Source of the DNA: a virus
Taxonomy: Duplodnaviria; Caudoviricetes
Strand: one strand, 5' to 3'
DNA: 29,366 bases
IMG/VR virus record: IMGVR_UViG_3300044475_000055
Coordinates: 1 to 29,366 of that record
Shown here piece after piece: positions 1 to 10,000 of the stretch (its first letter is position 1; each line of letters opens with the position of its first letter). The position numbers and the translations under genes were made by a program. The notes beneath the pieces were generated by a model. That model had not been told where the DNA came from, ran no database searches, and saw only the letters and a list, made by a program, of their open reading frames with translations.

Positions 1-132
1 CGTATCGCGCGGCTGGCCGTCCTTGTTGGAGACTGGGATGGTGTGTGCGCCCTTGCAGCCGGGGCACCAAAACGTCACGAAGTCGTACGCGTCGCACGTA
101 CCGTTTCTGAGGACTCTGGAGATCAGCGCCAT
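1..132 (-). CDS. Partial (5' part) small CxxC/His protein, DUF6527-like
   Basis: Manual translation from ATG at 132 gives MALISRVLRNGTCDAYDFVTFWCPGCKGAHTIPVSNKDGQPRDT, open to the window edge. The FWCPGCxxxH motif resembles DUF6527-type phage proteins. The start overlaps the end of the GIY-YIG gene. Confidence 0.65.
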   Translation of the reverse strand, partial: MALISRVLRNGTCDAYDFVTFWCPGCKGAHTIPVSNKDGQPRDT

Positions 133-497
133 TTATTCACCTTTGGTCGGTAGCGCCCGCCAAAGGTCGTGACGGGCAACTTACGGCGGTGCTTGGCCCC
201 GTCGTTCTCGGAGCCCCGGCCACCCGGAGTGCTGTTTAAACCAGTCTTGAAGGAATTGTAGCGTGCGACCCAGTAGCGCTCCCGCGCGTACATCGCATCT
301 CCAGGAGGGGTGTTCTCCAGGACTTCCCAGAGGAACGAATCAAAGCCCAACTCACGAAGGGCTTTGTGGAACTTCAGAGGAGAGCCGTTCTGCGCCGCGG
401 CTGCGTGTTCAAACTTGCGCTGCGGAAGCGTTCTCTCCGTGCACCCGATGTAGACCTTCCCGGTTACTCGGTGCTTCGCGATGTAGATCAGCGGCAT
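123..497 (-). CDS. GIY-YIG endonuclease (catalytic domain only)
   Basis: LIYIAK...KVYIGCT...R..EH N-terminal motifs, then a conserved E and GLN near the C-terminus. GAGG RBS upstream. Confidence 0.85.
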   Translation of the reverse strand: MPLIYIAKHRVTGKVYIGCTERTLPQRKFEHAAAAQNGSPLKFHKALRELGFDSFLWEVLENTPPGDAMYARERYWVARYNSFKTGLNSTPGGRGSENDGAKHRRKLPVTTFGGRYRPKVNKWR

Positions 498-537
498 GTT
501 TCCTCACCAACCATCTGGCCTCTGGCCTGGATGCGAA

Positions 538-575
538 CCAAAGAGAAAGCCGGCGACCTTCACGGCAACCGGCTT
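538..575 (-). terminator. Probable intrinsic terminator after the membrane-gene cluster
   Basis: AAGCCGG (547-553) / CCGGCTT (569-575) stem, followed on the minus strand by TCTCTTT. Confidence 0.5.
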
Positions 576-595
576 CGTCTTGGAGTAGGCCGTGG

Positions 596-976
596 CTACC
601 TGCCGCCGACAACTCCGGCCCCTAGCGCCGTGGTGAGCCAGTAGCAAAAGCCGATGCAGGCGAGGCCATTGAAGACCAGGAGGCCAAGCAAGACGGTGCC
701 CGCCGCGGTGTTGTTTTCCTTGAGGACTTCGTCCAGCAAGACGCTGACCTTGAGGTTCGGCCAGAAGACCATCGATGCCTGCATCTGCATGCCGTAGATC
801 GCGAAGATGAGCCCGCCCGTCTGGAAGATCGTGAGGGCCATCGGGAGATTCACGAACTCGTCGGCCGGCAGCGGGAGCCGGATCGAGAAGGCGAAGAGGC
901 CGGCGAGGATCAGGAACCACGACATCGGGTCGAAGAGCGGGCGCAGGCGAGCGGCGGCTTTTGCAATCAATTTCAT
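596..976 (-). CDS. Membrane protein, DUF350-like (possible lysis/holin accessory)
   Basis: Three hydrophobic segments and the motif LLDEVLKENNTAAG. ATG at 976 overlaps the upstream stop (ATGA). Confidence 0.7.
   Translation of the reverse strand: MKLIAKAAARLRPLFDPMSWFLILAGLFAFSIRLPLPADEFVNLPMALTIFQTGGLIFAIYGMQMQASMVFWPNLKVSVLLDEVLKENNTAAGTVLLGLLVFNGLACIGFCYWLTTALGAGVVGGR
961..976. repeat. 16-bp palindromic motif, degenerate copy (TTGCAATCAATTTCAT)
   Basis: 2 mismatches to consensus; overlaps the ATGA junction of two membrane genes. Confidence 0.6.
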
Positions 977-1386
977 TTCTGTTCTCCTAGAACTTTCGAG
1001 AGTTGTGTATCCGTCCACTTGGACACTCGCTCCGTGAGGTTGTCTACGAAACGCGAGCCCGAGTATGCTAGTACAGCAATGAGCAGCATCTCAAGCATGT
1101 CGGGGATGCCGATGGATTCCATGAGGAAGAACGACATGCCCCCCGCGAACCACGCCATGACCATGTGCGACGCAACGTAGGTCAGGAGCTTCTTGGGGGT
1201 GGCGGACTTGAGGCGGTGGAGCAGGCTGGTGAGGCCGCCCATTGTGGAGAGAACCCAGACGATGATCCAGGCGGTGACGCTGATGCTGCTAAACGTCGCG
1301 TCCAACGTCACGGTTGTTGAGGCCAGTGCGACCGGGGGCCACATGACGAAGAGCAACGCCTTCAAAAGTCGGTAAGCCGAAGTCAT
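973..1386 (-). CDS. Putative holin (LydA-like family)
   Basis: 3-4 transmembrane segments with GGxxSLL and AxxGSxFVD patterns and a charged C-terminus. GGAGG RBS before ATG 1386. Confidence 0.65.
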   Translation of the reverse strand: MTSAYRLLKALLFVMWPPVALASTTVTLDATFSSISVTAWIIVWVLSTMGGLTSLLHRLKSATPKKLLTYVASHMVMAWFAGGMSFFLMESIGIPDMLEMLLIAVLAYSGSRFVDNLTERVSKWTDTQLSKVLGEQK

Positions 1387-1846
1387 GTTTCCTCCCTTCA
1401 TTTCTCGGCTGGACGTAGCGCCATACGGTGTCCACAACGGCAACCCACATGGACGCTAATGCGATTACGCCGTTGACTGCCGCGGGCCAGACCCAAGACT
1501 CGTACTTCAGCATGACCCCCACTATAGCCATGTTCACGATGGCTTGCATCATGTAAAAGTTCACTCGGCCATCCATCAACAGAGTGAAGAGGCCGCCCCG
1601 CTTCAAAAAGTCGTTAGCGACGACATCGAGAAGGGCACCGCAAGCGAACGCGATGAGCAGGTAGTGCAGCCCTACGCCCCACGGGCCGGCTGCATTCGCG
1701 ATGATCGCTCGCGCACTTGTCGGCTCGCATACCGCGGTAAGGGAGACGACGATGCTGAAGAGTGCGAGGGTAATTCGGTGCCCCACTTCGCGGGCACGAT
1801 TTGGGTTGCCACTGTTCTCGTAAACGTACAGGCCAAACATGGGCAC
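1289..1846 (-). CDS. Multi-pass membrane protein (holin/antiholin-associated, unknown)
   Basis: About 4 hydrophobic helices; first gene of the membrane cluster. Start is GTG 1846 or ATG 1840. Confidence 0.65.
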   Translation of the reverse strand: MPMFGLYVYENSGNPNRAREVGHRITLALFSIVVSLTAVCEPTSARAIIANAAGPWGVGLHYLLIAFACGALLDVVANDFLKRGGLFTLLMDGRVNFYMMQAIVNMAIVGVMLKYESWVWPAAVNGVIALASMWVAVVDTVWRYVQPRNEGRKHDFGLPTFEGVALRHVAPGRTGLNNRDVGRDV

Positions 1847-1991
1847 TTCCTTTGCCGCGCCTGCAATCTAGGCGCTCGCTGTGACTCTACTGATCAACCC
1901 CCTACCGGGCTGTCCAGTATTGTGTCACGCCCATGTGAGGCGGGGCCTCATTCGGACGTAATCCGGAGGCCCCGCGAGGGAGGGTGAGCAG

Positions 1992-2007
1992 TTGAAATTG
2001 ATTTCAA
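1992..2007. repeat. 16-bp palindromic motif TTGAAATTGATTTCAA
   Basis: Exact copy; supplies the TGA stop of 2004..2654. Confidence 0.95.
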
Positions 2008-2654
2008 CTTTCGGCGGGCGGTTCGTCGTCCGGCAGAGGCGCATCCGGCCAGTGGATGGCAAGGACGGTTTCCTCGTCAGTCGCCGCCGTCATGCGCTGC
2101 CATAGCGCATCGGTTATGTCGATCAGCGACTGCGTACGATTGCTGATCGCTACGCCGATACCGAAGATGTCCGGGAGCGTCAGCGGGCGCATGACGTTGT
2201 CGGAGCACCGCCACACCTTCGTGGGGTTCAGGTCCGTGCTCGTCTGGAGCATCAGGATAGCGCCAAGCATCTTCACTTGGCTATCCATGTCCGCGTTCAC
2301 CGCGTAGTCCTGGTACGGGATCGGCGCGTACATGAGACCGTCGCGGTGCGTCATGAGCTTGGCCCACTGGCGCGTCTTGAGGACTTCCACGGTTTCGTCC
2401 GTGGCGGAGTCGATGTAGCCGCCCGCGAAGTTCTCGTGGAGCAGCGCCCCCGCTTCGAGTTCATCGAGCAGTTCACCGGCCGCGTACGGGACCGGCGTCG
2501 ATGTGAGGGGCGGCTTGCCGGCGATGAACGCATCGCGGTCGGCAAAGCTCTGGACGTTGACGACCAGATCGGGGAATCGCCCCTCCACCGATACGACACG
2601 ATGGTAGGTGGCGGTCGCCCCGTTGGGCGTTGAAATTGATTTCAAAATCGGCAT
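2004..2654 (-). CDS. Tail-fibre/tip assembly-like protein with C-terminal DUF4376-like domain
   Basis: WRCSDNVMRPLTLPDIFGIG...VLAIHW pattern typical of DUF4376; lies downstream of the tail-tip genes. Confidence 0.7.
   Translation of the reverse strand: MPILKSISTPNGATATYHRVVSVEGRFPDLVVNVQSFADRDAFIAGKPPLTSTPVPYAAGELLDELEAGALLHENFAGGYIDSATDETVEVLKTRQWAKLMTHRDGLMYAPIPYQDYAVNADMDSQVKMLGAILMLQTSTDLNPTKVWRCSDNVMRPLTLPDIFGIGVAISNRTQSLIDITDALWQRMTAATDEETVLAIHWPDAPLPDDEPPAES
2630..2645. repeat. 16-bp palindromic motif TTGAAATTGATTTCAA
   Basis: Exact copy; encodes LKSIS just after the start codon. Confidence 0.95.
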
Positions 2655-2660
2655 GCGATC

Positions 2661-2861
2661 TCACTTTCGTTGGGGGATGTAGCGGTCCGGGTTGCCCTCG
2701 GTGGTGCGGCGGTAATCTTCGCCGGACACGGAACCGAACTTTCCGCCGATGCTGGACTTCTGGATGGACTGGAAGCGGCTTTCGTGGGCGGGGGTGCCCG
2801 TGGCGCAAGCCGAGAGCATGGCGACGATGAACAGGGCGGCGATGGTGCGGATGCGTTGCAT
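2661..2861 (-). CDS. Small lipoprotein (66 aa), possible superinfection-exclusion/receptor-blocking protein
   Basis: AGGAG RBS, then MQRIRTIAALFIVAMLSAC with a lipobox LSAC. Function is inferred from position only. Confidence 0.7.
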   Translation of the reverse strand: MQRIRTIAALFIVAMLSACATGTPAHESRFQSIQKSSIGGKFGSVSGEDYRRTTEGNPDRYIPQRK

Positions 2862-2945
2862 GGTGTTTCTCCTGGGCTGTGCTGGTGGGGCCGAAATTGG
2901 CCTGAACGTAGTTTGCGCTCCCGCGCCCATTTCGTGTAGCTCCAC

Positions 2946-3725
2946 CTAGTCGTACGCCGCCGTGTCCAGAACATACAGGGTCTGCGCGGGTAGGGACCAG
3001 ATTTCCGACAGGGCCGGTCCGTCAACATCGCGTGCGTTGGAGATGGTGGCGCGCTGTCGGCGTACCTGCCCTGATTCGAGCCCGTACAGGTACATGCGCT
3101 CTTGGGTTGCCTGCCCAGCGGAGCTAGATGGTCGGTGCCGTCCATGCGCAGGGCCGATGATCATTGGCGTAGTCACGCCGGATGCGAAAGAGACCAAGTC
3201 CCCGGTTAGGTACGTGCTCTGATCCGTGCGCAAGGGTAGCTCCAGAACCTCCTTGAGCATGAATGGCTTGAGGCCGAAATCCCAGGTTACCGCGCCCGCC
3301 GCGCTGTAGAGACGTAGGCCAAACGGGTCTCCTGACCCCGCCCATTGCGTGAACACGTAGACATCCGTCGTGAGGTGGGAGTCGAAACCAGAACTCGACA
3401 TGACCGACGTGATTGGCGCAGGAGTTGTAGCGTCGATGCTGTAGAGGTCGAAGTACCACGTCGCGGAACCGGACGACGCCCGGCGTACACGCTCAAGAGA
3501 CTGGAGCCTGCCAGCCACCAACTTGAAACCAGCGATGGGCAACAAGTCCGCACTTGCCAGCGTGATCTGGTACCGGCCCTTGTACCGTTCATTGCTGAGG
3601 TTGCTACCCACGGTGCCGTCCACGATGCCTACGTAGCTTGCTTTGCCGATGTAGTGCATGCCGAGGAGGTCGGAGTCCACAACCAGCTCGCCCGCGTTGT
3701 TTTCGATCTTTAGTCCGTATGCCAT
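2946..3725 (-). CDS. Tail-tip associated / putative receptor-binding accessory protein
   Basis: MAYGLKIENNAGELVVDS N-terminus and an internal FGLRLYSAAGAVTWD repeat, typical of genes following gpJ-like proteins. Confidence 0.7.
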   Translation of the reverse strand: MAYGLKIENNAGELVVDSDLLGMHYIGKASYVGIVDGTVGSNLSNERYKGRYQITLASADLLPIAGFKLVAGRLQSLERVRRASSGSATWYFDLYSIDATTPAPITSVMSSSGFDSHLTTDVYVFTQWAGSGDPFGLRLYSAAGAVTWDFGLKPFMLKEVLELPLRTDQSTYLTGDLVSFASGVTTPMIIGPAHGRHRPSSSAGQATQERMYLYGLESGQVRRQRATISNARDVDGPALSEIWSLPAQTLYVLDTAAYD

Positions 3726-3726
3726 G

Positions 3727-4008
3727 TCAGTACACGAAAACGGCTATTCCGCCGTTCCCGCCTGGATAGTTGGTGGTTCGCGTCAGCGTTACTACCGGGT
3801 AGCCCGAGGAGTAGCTGACGGACACGGTGATGAGCCGGTCGTAGCGAATGTACCGGATGGAGCGCCCCGGGTACTGACTCAGGGTGAGGACCGTAGGTGT
3901 CCCCACCTCGACGGTCAGGAGGCCGGCGCAGACCCCCCCGACCGCCACACGACTGTCGTAAACCAGATTGCCCGAGGCGCTTCGGGTCTGTAGTCCGTAG
4001 TCCGCCAT
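3727..4008 (-). CDS. Small tail-tip associated protein
   Basis: MADYGLQTRSASGNLVYDS N-terminus is paralogous to the next gene; translationally coupled to the J stop. Confidence 0.7.
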   Translation of the reverse strand: MADYGLQTRSASGNLVYDSRVAVGGVCAGLLTVEVGTPTVLTLSQYPGRSIRYIRYDRLITVSVSYSSGYPVVTLTRTTNYPGGNGGIAVFVY

Positions 4009-7000
4009 TACAGCAACCCCAGTCGAACGCGACGAACATTGCTGTCGTCGTACACGTCAATACGGTTGTTTGTGACCTCCACCCGGCCGGTGGATGTCAC
4101 ACCCCCGTTGATCGTGTTCGACAGAGCTACAACGCTGAGATTGCCGGCCTGCAAGACGCCGATGCGCGAGTAGTCAATCGCCGCAGCGGCAATGTACGTG
4201 CTGACGTTGACACTAGTGATCTGGTTGAGGTACGCCATCGCCCCTGGGTTGAGATGCCCAAGGTTGAAACTGCCCCCGCCAGCGTTATTCAGAGAGACCG
4301 TGCCGCCCGAGGCACTGAGCGAAACGCTGCTGTTGAGAACACTGGACGGCGCATTGCTGGCGTCAGTCTTGATGGCCCCGATACCCACAGGGGTGACGCT
4401 ACCGGACGCGGACGGACCTCCCGACGTGGACAGCGAGCCGTCAGCGTTTACCGTCAGGTTGATCTGTGCGTTGCTGACCGTAGTACCGTTGCCCGCGCCG
4501 ATGCCGCCCAGTTGACCGGAACTGTTGATCCCGATATTGCTGTTCGCCACCGCCGTACCGTTGCCGGTTCCGATGCCACTGATGTTGCCGCCGGACACCG
4601 AGATGTTGTTGTTCATGATGGCGCTGTCGGCGGGCTGCGACGAAATGTTGCCACCCCACGTTGCGCCGTAGGTCGCATTTGCGTCGCCCGTGTAGCCAAT
4701 GTCGATCAGAGAGGTAGCGCCGCGATTGGCTCCGCTCACGACGAGCGCCCCGGCTTCCGTAATTTGGAAACTGGTGTCGCACCATGCGTTCGTGTCGCTG
4801 CCTACCGAACCCGCGTAGCACTCCGCGCCGTTGCCCTCTCCGCAGCCGCCGATGCCGATCAGGATGTAGGCGCCGCGATACTGGAAAGCCGCTGAACCCC
4901 AAACAGTCCGCGAAGCGCCGTTGCGGTACATAGCTGCCGGCAGGTTGCCCAGCATGCGGTTTCCTGACGGTTCGTCGTACGTGAAGACCACGCAAATGTG
5001 GTTGTTGTCGATCCCATTCAGCGCCGCTGCCATTGCGTTGCATTCTCCCGTGGGGCCGAGCGCGCCGGATAGCGGGTTGAACGTGCCCAGGTCCGTGACG
5101 GCCTTGGTCGTGCGGTGAATCTTCACGACGCGGTACATGGCGCCGCCCGTGGCAAGGTCGGTCCCTGTGTCAGCGTCTCGCAGAACGGAGCCGATGATGT
5201 GCGACGTAGAGCCGAGGCCGTAGGCGCCGACGCGATACGTGCGCGGCTTGCCGCCGACAGCCGACCATTGGTTGGAGGACATCGGACCAAACTGGATGTT
5301 CGTGGCCTTGCCGCCTACCGTGTCAAATGATGAGTCCAAGTACAGCGGTGCGCTGCTAACCCACGGAACGGTGAACAGAACTGCGCCGTTGCGCATGAAG
5401 CGGACGTTCGTACCGTCGTAGGTCACAGCGAGCTGATCCCCCGCCGAGAAGGTGCCGATAGCGGCGCCCCCGTTCAGGACGGCGCCGTTGCTGAAGGCTA
5501 GGAGCGACGTACCACTGTTGTAGAGCCACCAATCGACAGTGTCGTAGCTGCTGTTGGCAACTGGGTCCGAGTTCAGCCCGATCCCGAAGCTGTATGACGG
5601 GTTGGGGTGAATCCAGGAAACGTACGCGCCGCCCGAGTAGCTGTCTTGGGAGTAAACCGCGGCGTTCCACCCGCCCCCGCCAGACACCTTCGTGACCGTG
5701 CTGCCCTCGATAGACATATTCGCGTGGTTGATCAGCTTTACCCCGGCCGCAGCGTTCAAGTCGCCTGCGTAACCGATGCCGCGGATCGTTACCTGACCGC
5801 CACCCGCGTTATTGAGCGTGCCATCTGCGTTGACCGACACCGCGGTATTCAAGACCGAGTTGGCCTCGAAGTATTCACGTAGAGACGGCTCCGTGCCGTC
5901 AACCACGTTGACCATAGGACGGCCGAAGAGCTGGGTTGCGTTCGCCCCGGCGTAGAACTGGTACGCACGGTGGCTGGTAGCACCGGTAGAGCTTTGGTTC
6001 CAGTTGTTCCCGGTGGCAACGAACAGACCCGTCTTGCAATCGATGATGCCAGCGCCCGAATTGCTGTTGTTCACGCTGCCGTACGGGAACACGTACCCGA
6101 CCATCAGGTACCAACGGTCGGTGCTCATCGAGTTGCGACCGTACGCGATGAAGTACGGGTTGCCGTCTACTGTCGTCGAGTTCAGACCGCACACGCTGTT
6201 CGTGCCCCAGTAGACGGAGCCACCAAGTCCCGTATCTCGCACACGAACAGGAACTACGAACCGGTACGTCTTGCTCGGGTCGAGACCGGACAGGCTCGCA
6301 TTCCAGCCCCCGCCTGAGTTTCCGTCGCCTGTGGCTTCTCGGCAGTACCAAACGATGTCGCTGCCACCGCGAGGACCGGTGCCGCCCACGTCATTCGTGG
6401 CGTAAATGATGTTCTCCTCTCCGTTCTGACTCCAGGGGATGGTCGCCCCGCGCTTCCACCATGACACGTCGATCATGTTGTTCTTGATCGCGTCGTCGGC
6501 CGGGCGGTCGGCAACGCCTGCCCAGTTTGCGGTAGTACCGAGGTTGCCGATGGCGTCCAGTGTTTTGGCGTCCGACCACATAGACGCCGCGATGATGCCT
6601 GGGGCGGTCCCTGGTGCGCCAGTATCCGGTGCGCCGCTTTCCACTGTGCCAATAATGAACGTGCTGGCAGTCGGGGTGAACGCTGTCCAAGCACTGTTGT
6701 TGTCGTACTCCCAGCCGGCGGAGGATTTCCGCGCAGCAACGTAGGGGTAGCCTGCTGACCCTCCCGCAATCGTGAATAGCGATAGGGAGGTATCCCACAC
6801 GATCCAGCCGGAGAACGGACCCTGACTACCGTAGAGGAGGCCGTTGGGCACCGAGGTAATCAGACCATTGACCAGGATCGTTCCCGGAGCGTCAACGTCA
6901 GTCCCGGACTGGCTGCGGCCGTGAATCCAGCATTCGTTCCAGTTGAGCGTGCCCGCGAAGTCACCGACGTTGCGCTTGATCGCCAACTGCGGGGTCTGCC

Positions 7001-10000
7001 ACGCTGCTGCCGCGTTGATCCGGGCGTAGTCCAGGTTCTGCCCCGAGCTGAAGATGATGTTCCCGGACGCATCCTTGATGGTGAGCAGTCGGGTGTCGAT
7101 CTGCGCCGCCTGGATGTAGTCGATGAATGCCGACTTGAGGTACAGACCGGCCGGGATAGAAACCCCGTTCACAACGGTGGTCGTCGTGTAGTACACAAAG
7201 GGCGCGTACTGGGTATCCGACACGCCGGAGGGCGGCAGGAAGGTGATCGTGTTCGCGCGGAACGCAATGTCAAACCGCGGGCCTTGTCCGGAGCTGTTCG
7301 TGCCGCTGATGCCGATACCCCCTACTGCGGCAACGCTGCCCCCGCTGACCAGTGCAACGCGAAGTGCCCATTGGGCGCCGAGGTAGCCGTCTGCATCTAC
7401 GCGGGCCTGCGATTCAGTCTGTACCAGCGAGTAGGTGTCCGCCCCCGCGTTTGAGCCAACGGAAATGAAATCAATTTCAAAACCGTCCGACGCGTTATCC
7501 ACGCCTACCTTGCCGAAGTCGATACGAAGGTAGTTGATCGCTGTGGATGTCAGCCAATCGGTGCCGCCAGCGGTGAGAGCGGTCATGTCCCACTCGACGT
7601 TGCCCCAGCCGGTAGTGCCGTCCCACACAGGCTCCGTCGCGATCTTGTTGTAGCTCTCGCTCTCGGAGTGGGACTCGTTGCCGTAGTACAGCTTGCCGTG
7701 CCACGCCGGAGTACCGATGCGCTTGACCTTCGCGCGAATCTTGTCCGCTTTGCTTCCCGGGAACCGTTCGGCTGTAGCGAGGTCGCGCAGGATCACCGCC
7801 TTCCCGCCCGCGTTCGCCATGAGAGTTGCGCTAGAAGCGTTGGCGGTGAACGAACTGAACGATGCCGTGTAGCCCACCCACCCGTTCAGCGAGCCGTTGA
7901 AGTTGAACCCGAGGAGGCCGGTGTACGTGCCTCCCGTGCTGTTCGACGTGACCGTCTGCAACCGCTGGTTCACCGAGCCCTCGACAGATGCGTCTGCGGA
8001 GATGAGGTTGACTTCTTCCAGGAAGTCATCGGCGAGGTTGTTGAACGTCACGCCCTGGGTGGCGATGTCGATCAGTTGCTGGATGTTGCTCGCCGCGGCC
8101 GGGATGTTCTGCACGGCCACATTGGAGAGGTTGCCGGCCTCGTCCTGCGCCCGCACGAAAATCTTCGTGTCGGCGACGAGGTCAGGGATGACGAACACGC
8201 TGCGCTGGTTGCCGCCGCCCGACCCCTTGTCCACCGCCGTATCCCACGTCGCGGTGTTCGGGCCGGAGCGAACCAAGATTGCCTTCAGCGGCTGCGAGGT
8301 CGTCGGGTCCGGGAAGCGGATGTACGTGCCCTCCAGCGTGCGTTCGACGTTCAGCGTGGGCGTGTCCGGGTTCTGGATCACGAGATCGTAGGTCGCCGTG
8401 TGCTTGCTGAAGTTGCCGCTGGTGTCGATGTAGCGCGCCATGATCCGCGTGGTGCCGGACGCACGCCACGTCATCGGCTGCGGTGAGACATCCTTGGTGA
8501 ACGCCTTGGGCAGCGCGAAGAAGTCGGTGTCAGTTGCGATGCCCAGGCGAATATCGAGCCCCGCGTAATCCGGCGTGTTGGTTGGCGGATTCCAGCGAAT
8601 TTCCCATCCGCCATTCGTGACCACGGCGGTGAGGCCGGTGACATCCTCCAGGCTGGAGTTCTTGGACTCGACGAGAACCGTACCCTCCAGGCATTTCTGC
8701 GAACGCATGCCGGTGGGTGAGACGGCGTAGAGGCGCACGGTGTACGTCTTGCCATCCTTGACCGGCACTAGGTCGGCCTGCGCCCCGTACGAGGTGACGG
8801 TGTTCCACGACTGGTCTTCGTCGGTTTTGAAATCAATTTCAAAACGGACGGAACCAATCATCTTTGTCCACGTCGCTTCGATGCGGTAGATCAGGCTACC
8901 GTCCGAGGTGATCTGCGGGTCCGGGGAGTACAGGTTGAGCGCGGCCGGCAGCATCGGCTCGCCAGGAGTCGTGTAGCTGTACTTGGTCTCGATGTACCCG
9001 CCCGTCTGCTCCACCTGTTCGTACTTGTCCGCAGCAATCTCGATGGCCGAGATAGATACCTCGTCCGGGCGGCCTTCGACCTCTTCGATAGCGAGGACGC
9101 GGAAGGGCTTGGACATGCCCATATCGGCCGTGTCCTCGATCACGAAGGTCGTGCGGTCCGGGACATCGCTGACCGGGAAGTTACTCGACGGCACGTTGAG
9201 GGTGTAGTTCTCCCCCAGGATCAGCGGCGTGATCTGGATTTCCACAATGCCGCTATACGTCTGGACTTTCATCGTCCGGGCATCGAGCGTGGCGAAGTAG
9301 ATCGGGTCTCGCAGTTGGATGGTGCTGGCGGTCGCCGACTTGACGCGACCAGTAGTGCCCCAGTCGGCTAGCGGGTCGGCGACCGTGATGGTGTCGAGGA
9401 GGCCGCACATCAAGCCTACCCGGGTCGTCGTGAAGTTGACCGTCGCGATTTCCTTGGTAGCAGTGACGAAGCGGTAGTTAGCCCGCCGCACTGCCTCCCA
9501 GGAGTCGGTGCAACCCACGGCGATGAAGTCGAACGGGACGCGACCGAACTTCGTGATTTCCGCGGTGTTGTCGATGGTGGCAGGGCGCCAGTCTTGCTCC
9601 CAGCCGAGGTCCGGGTTCACGAATGCGACCTGGATATCGTTGTACCGAGTGGTGGGGTCGGAGAAGGTGTAGCCGAAGCCGGCCGGTGTCACGTTCTCCG
9701 GGGTAAAGACGTGCTTTGACGCGCGAGGACGATCCGAGCGCAGGATGATGGACCCGTTGCCGTCGTCGTCGAGAACCGCGTTAAACGACCCTGCGACATA
9801 GCGCAGCATCTCCATGCCGTCGCGAGCTTCTGTGATCCAGTCGTTGTAGGTGAAGCGCGGTTGCGTGCCGCCTTCGCCTCGGCCGTCCGGGACCATCTCG
9901 TCGCACCACTTGGCCTCGGCGTAGAACTCGTACCGGTTGGCAGTGGCGTTCTTGAAGTAGCGCGCGAGACCGTACCGCTCGTTCGTGATCAGCTCGTACA

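Noticed and set aside
4008-7100. Diversity-generating retroelement or shufflon acting on the tail tip
   Set aside because: No reverse transcriptase, no near-identical TR/VR pair differing at adenines, and no inverted alternative C-terminal cassettes were seen.
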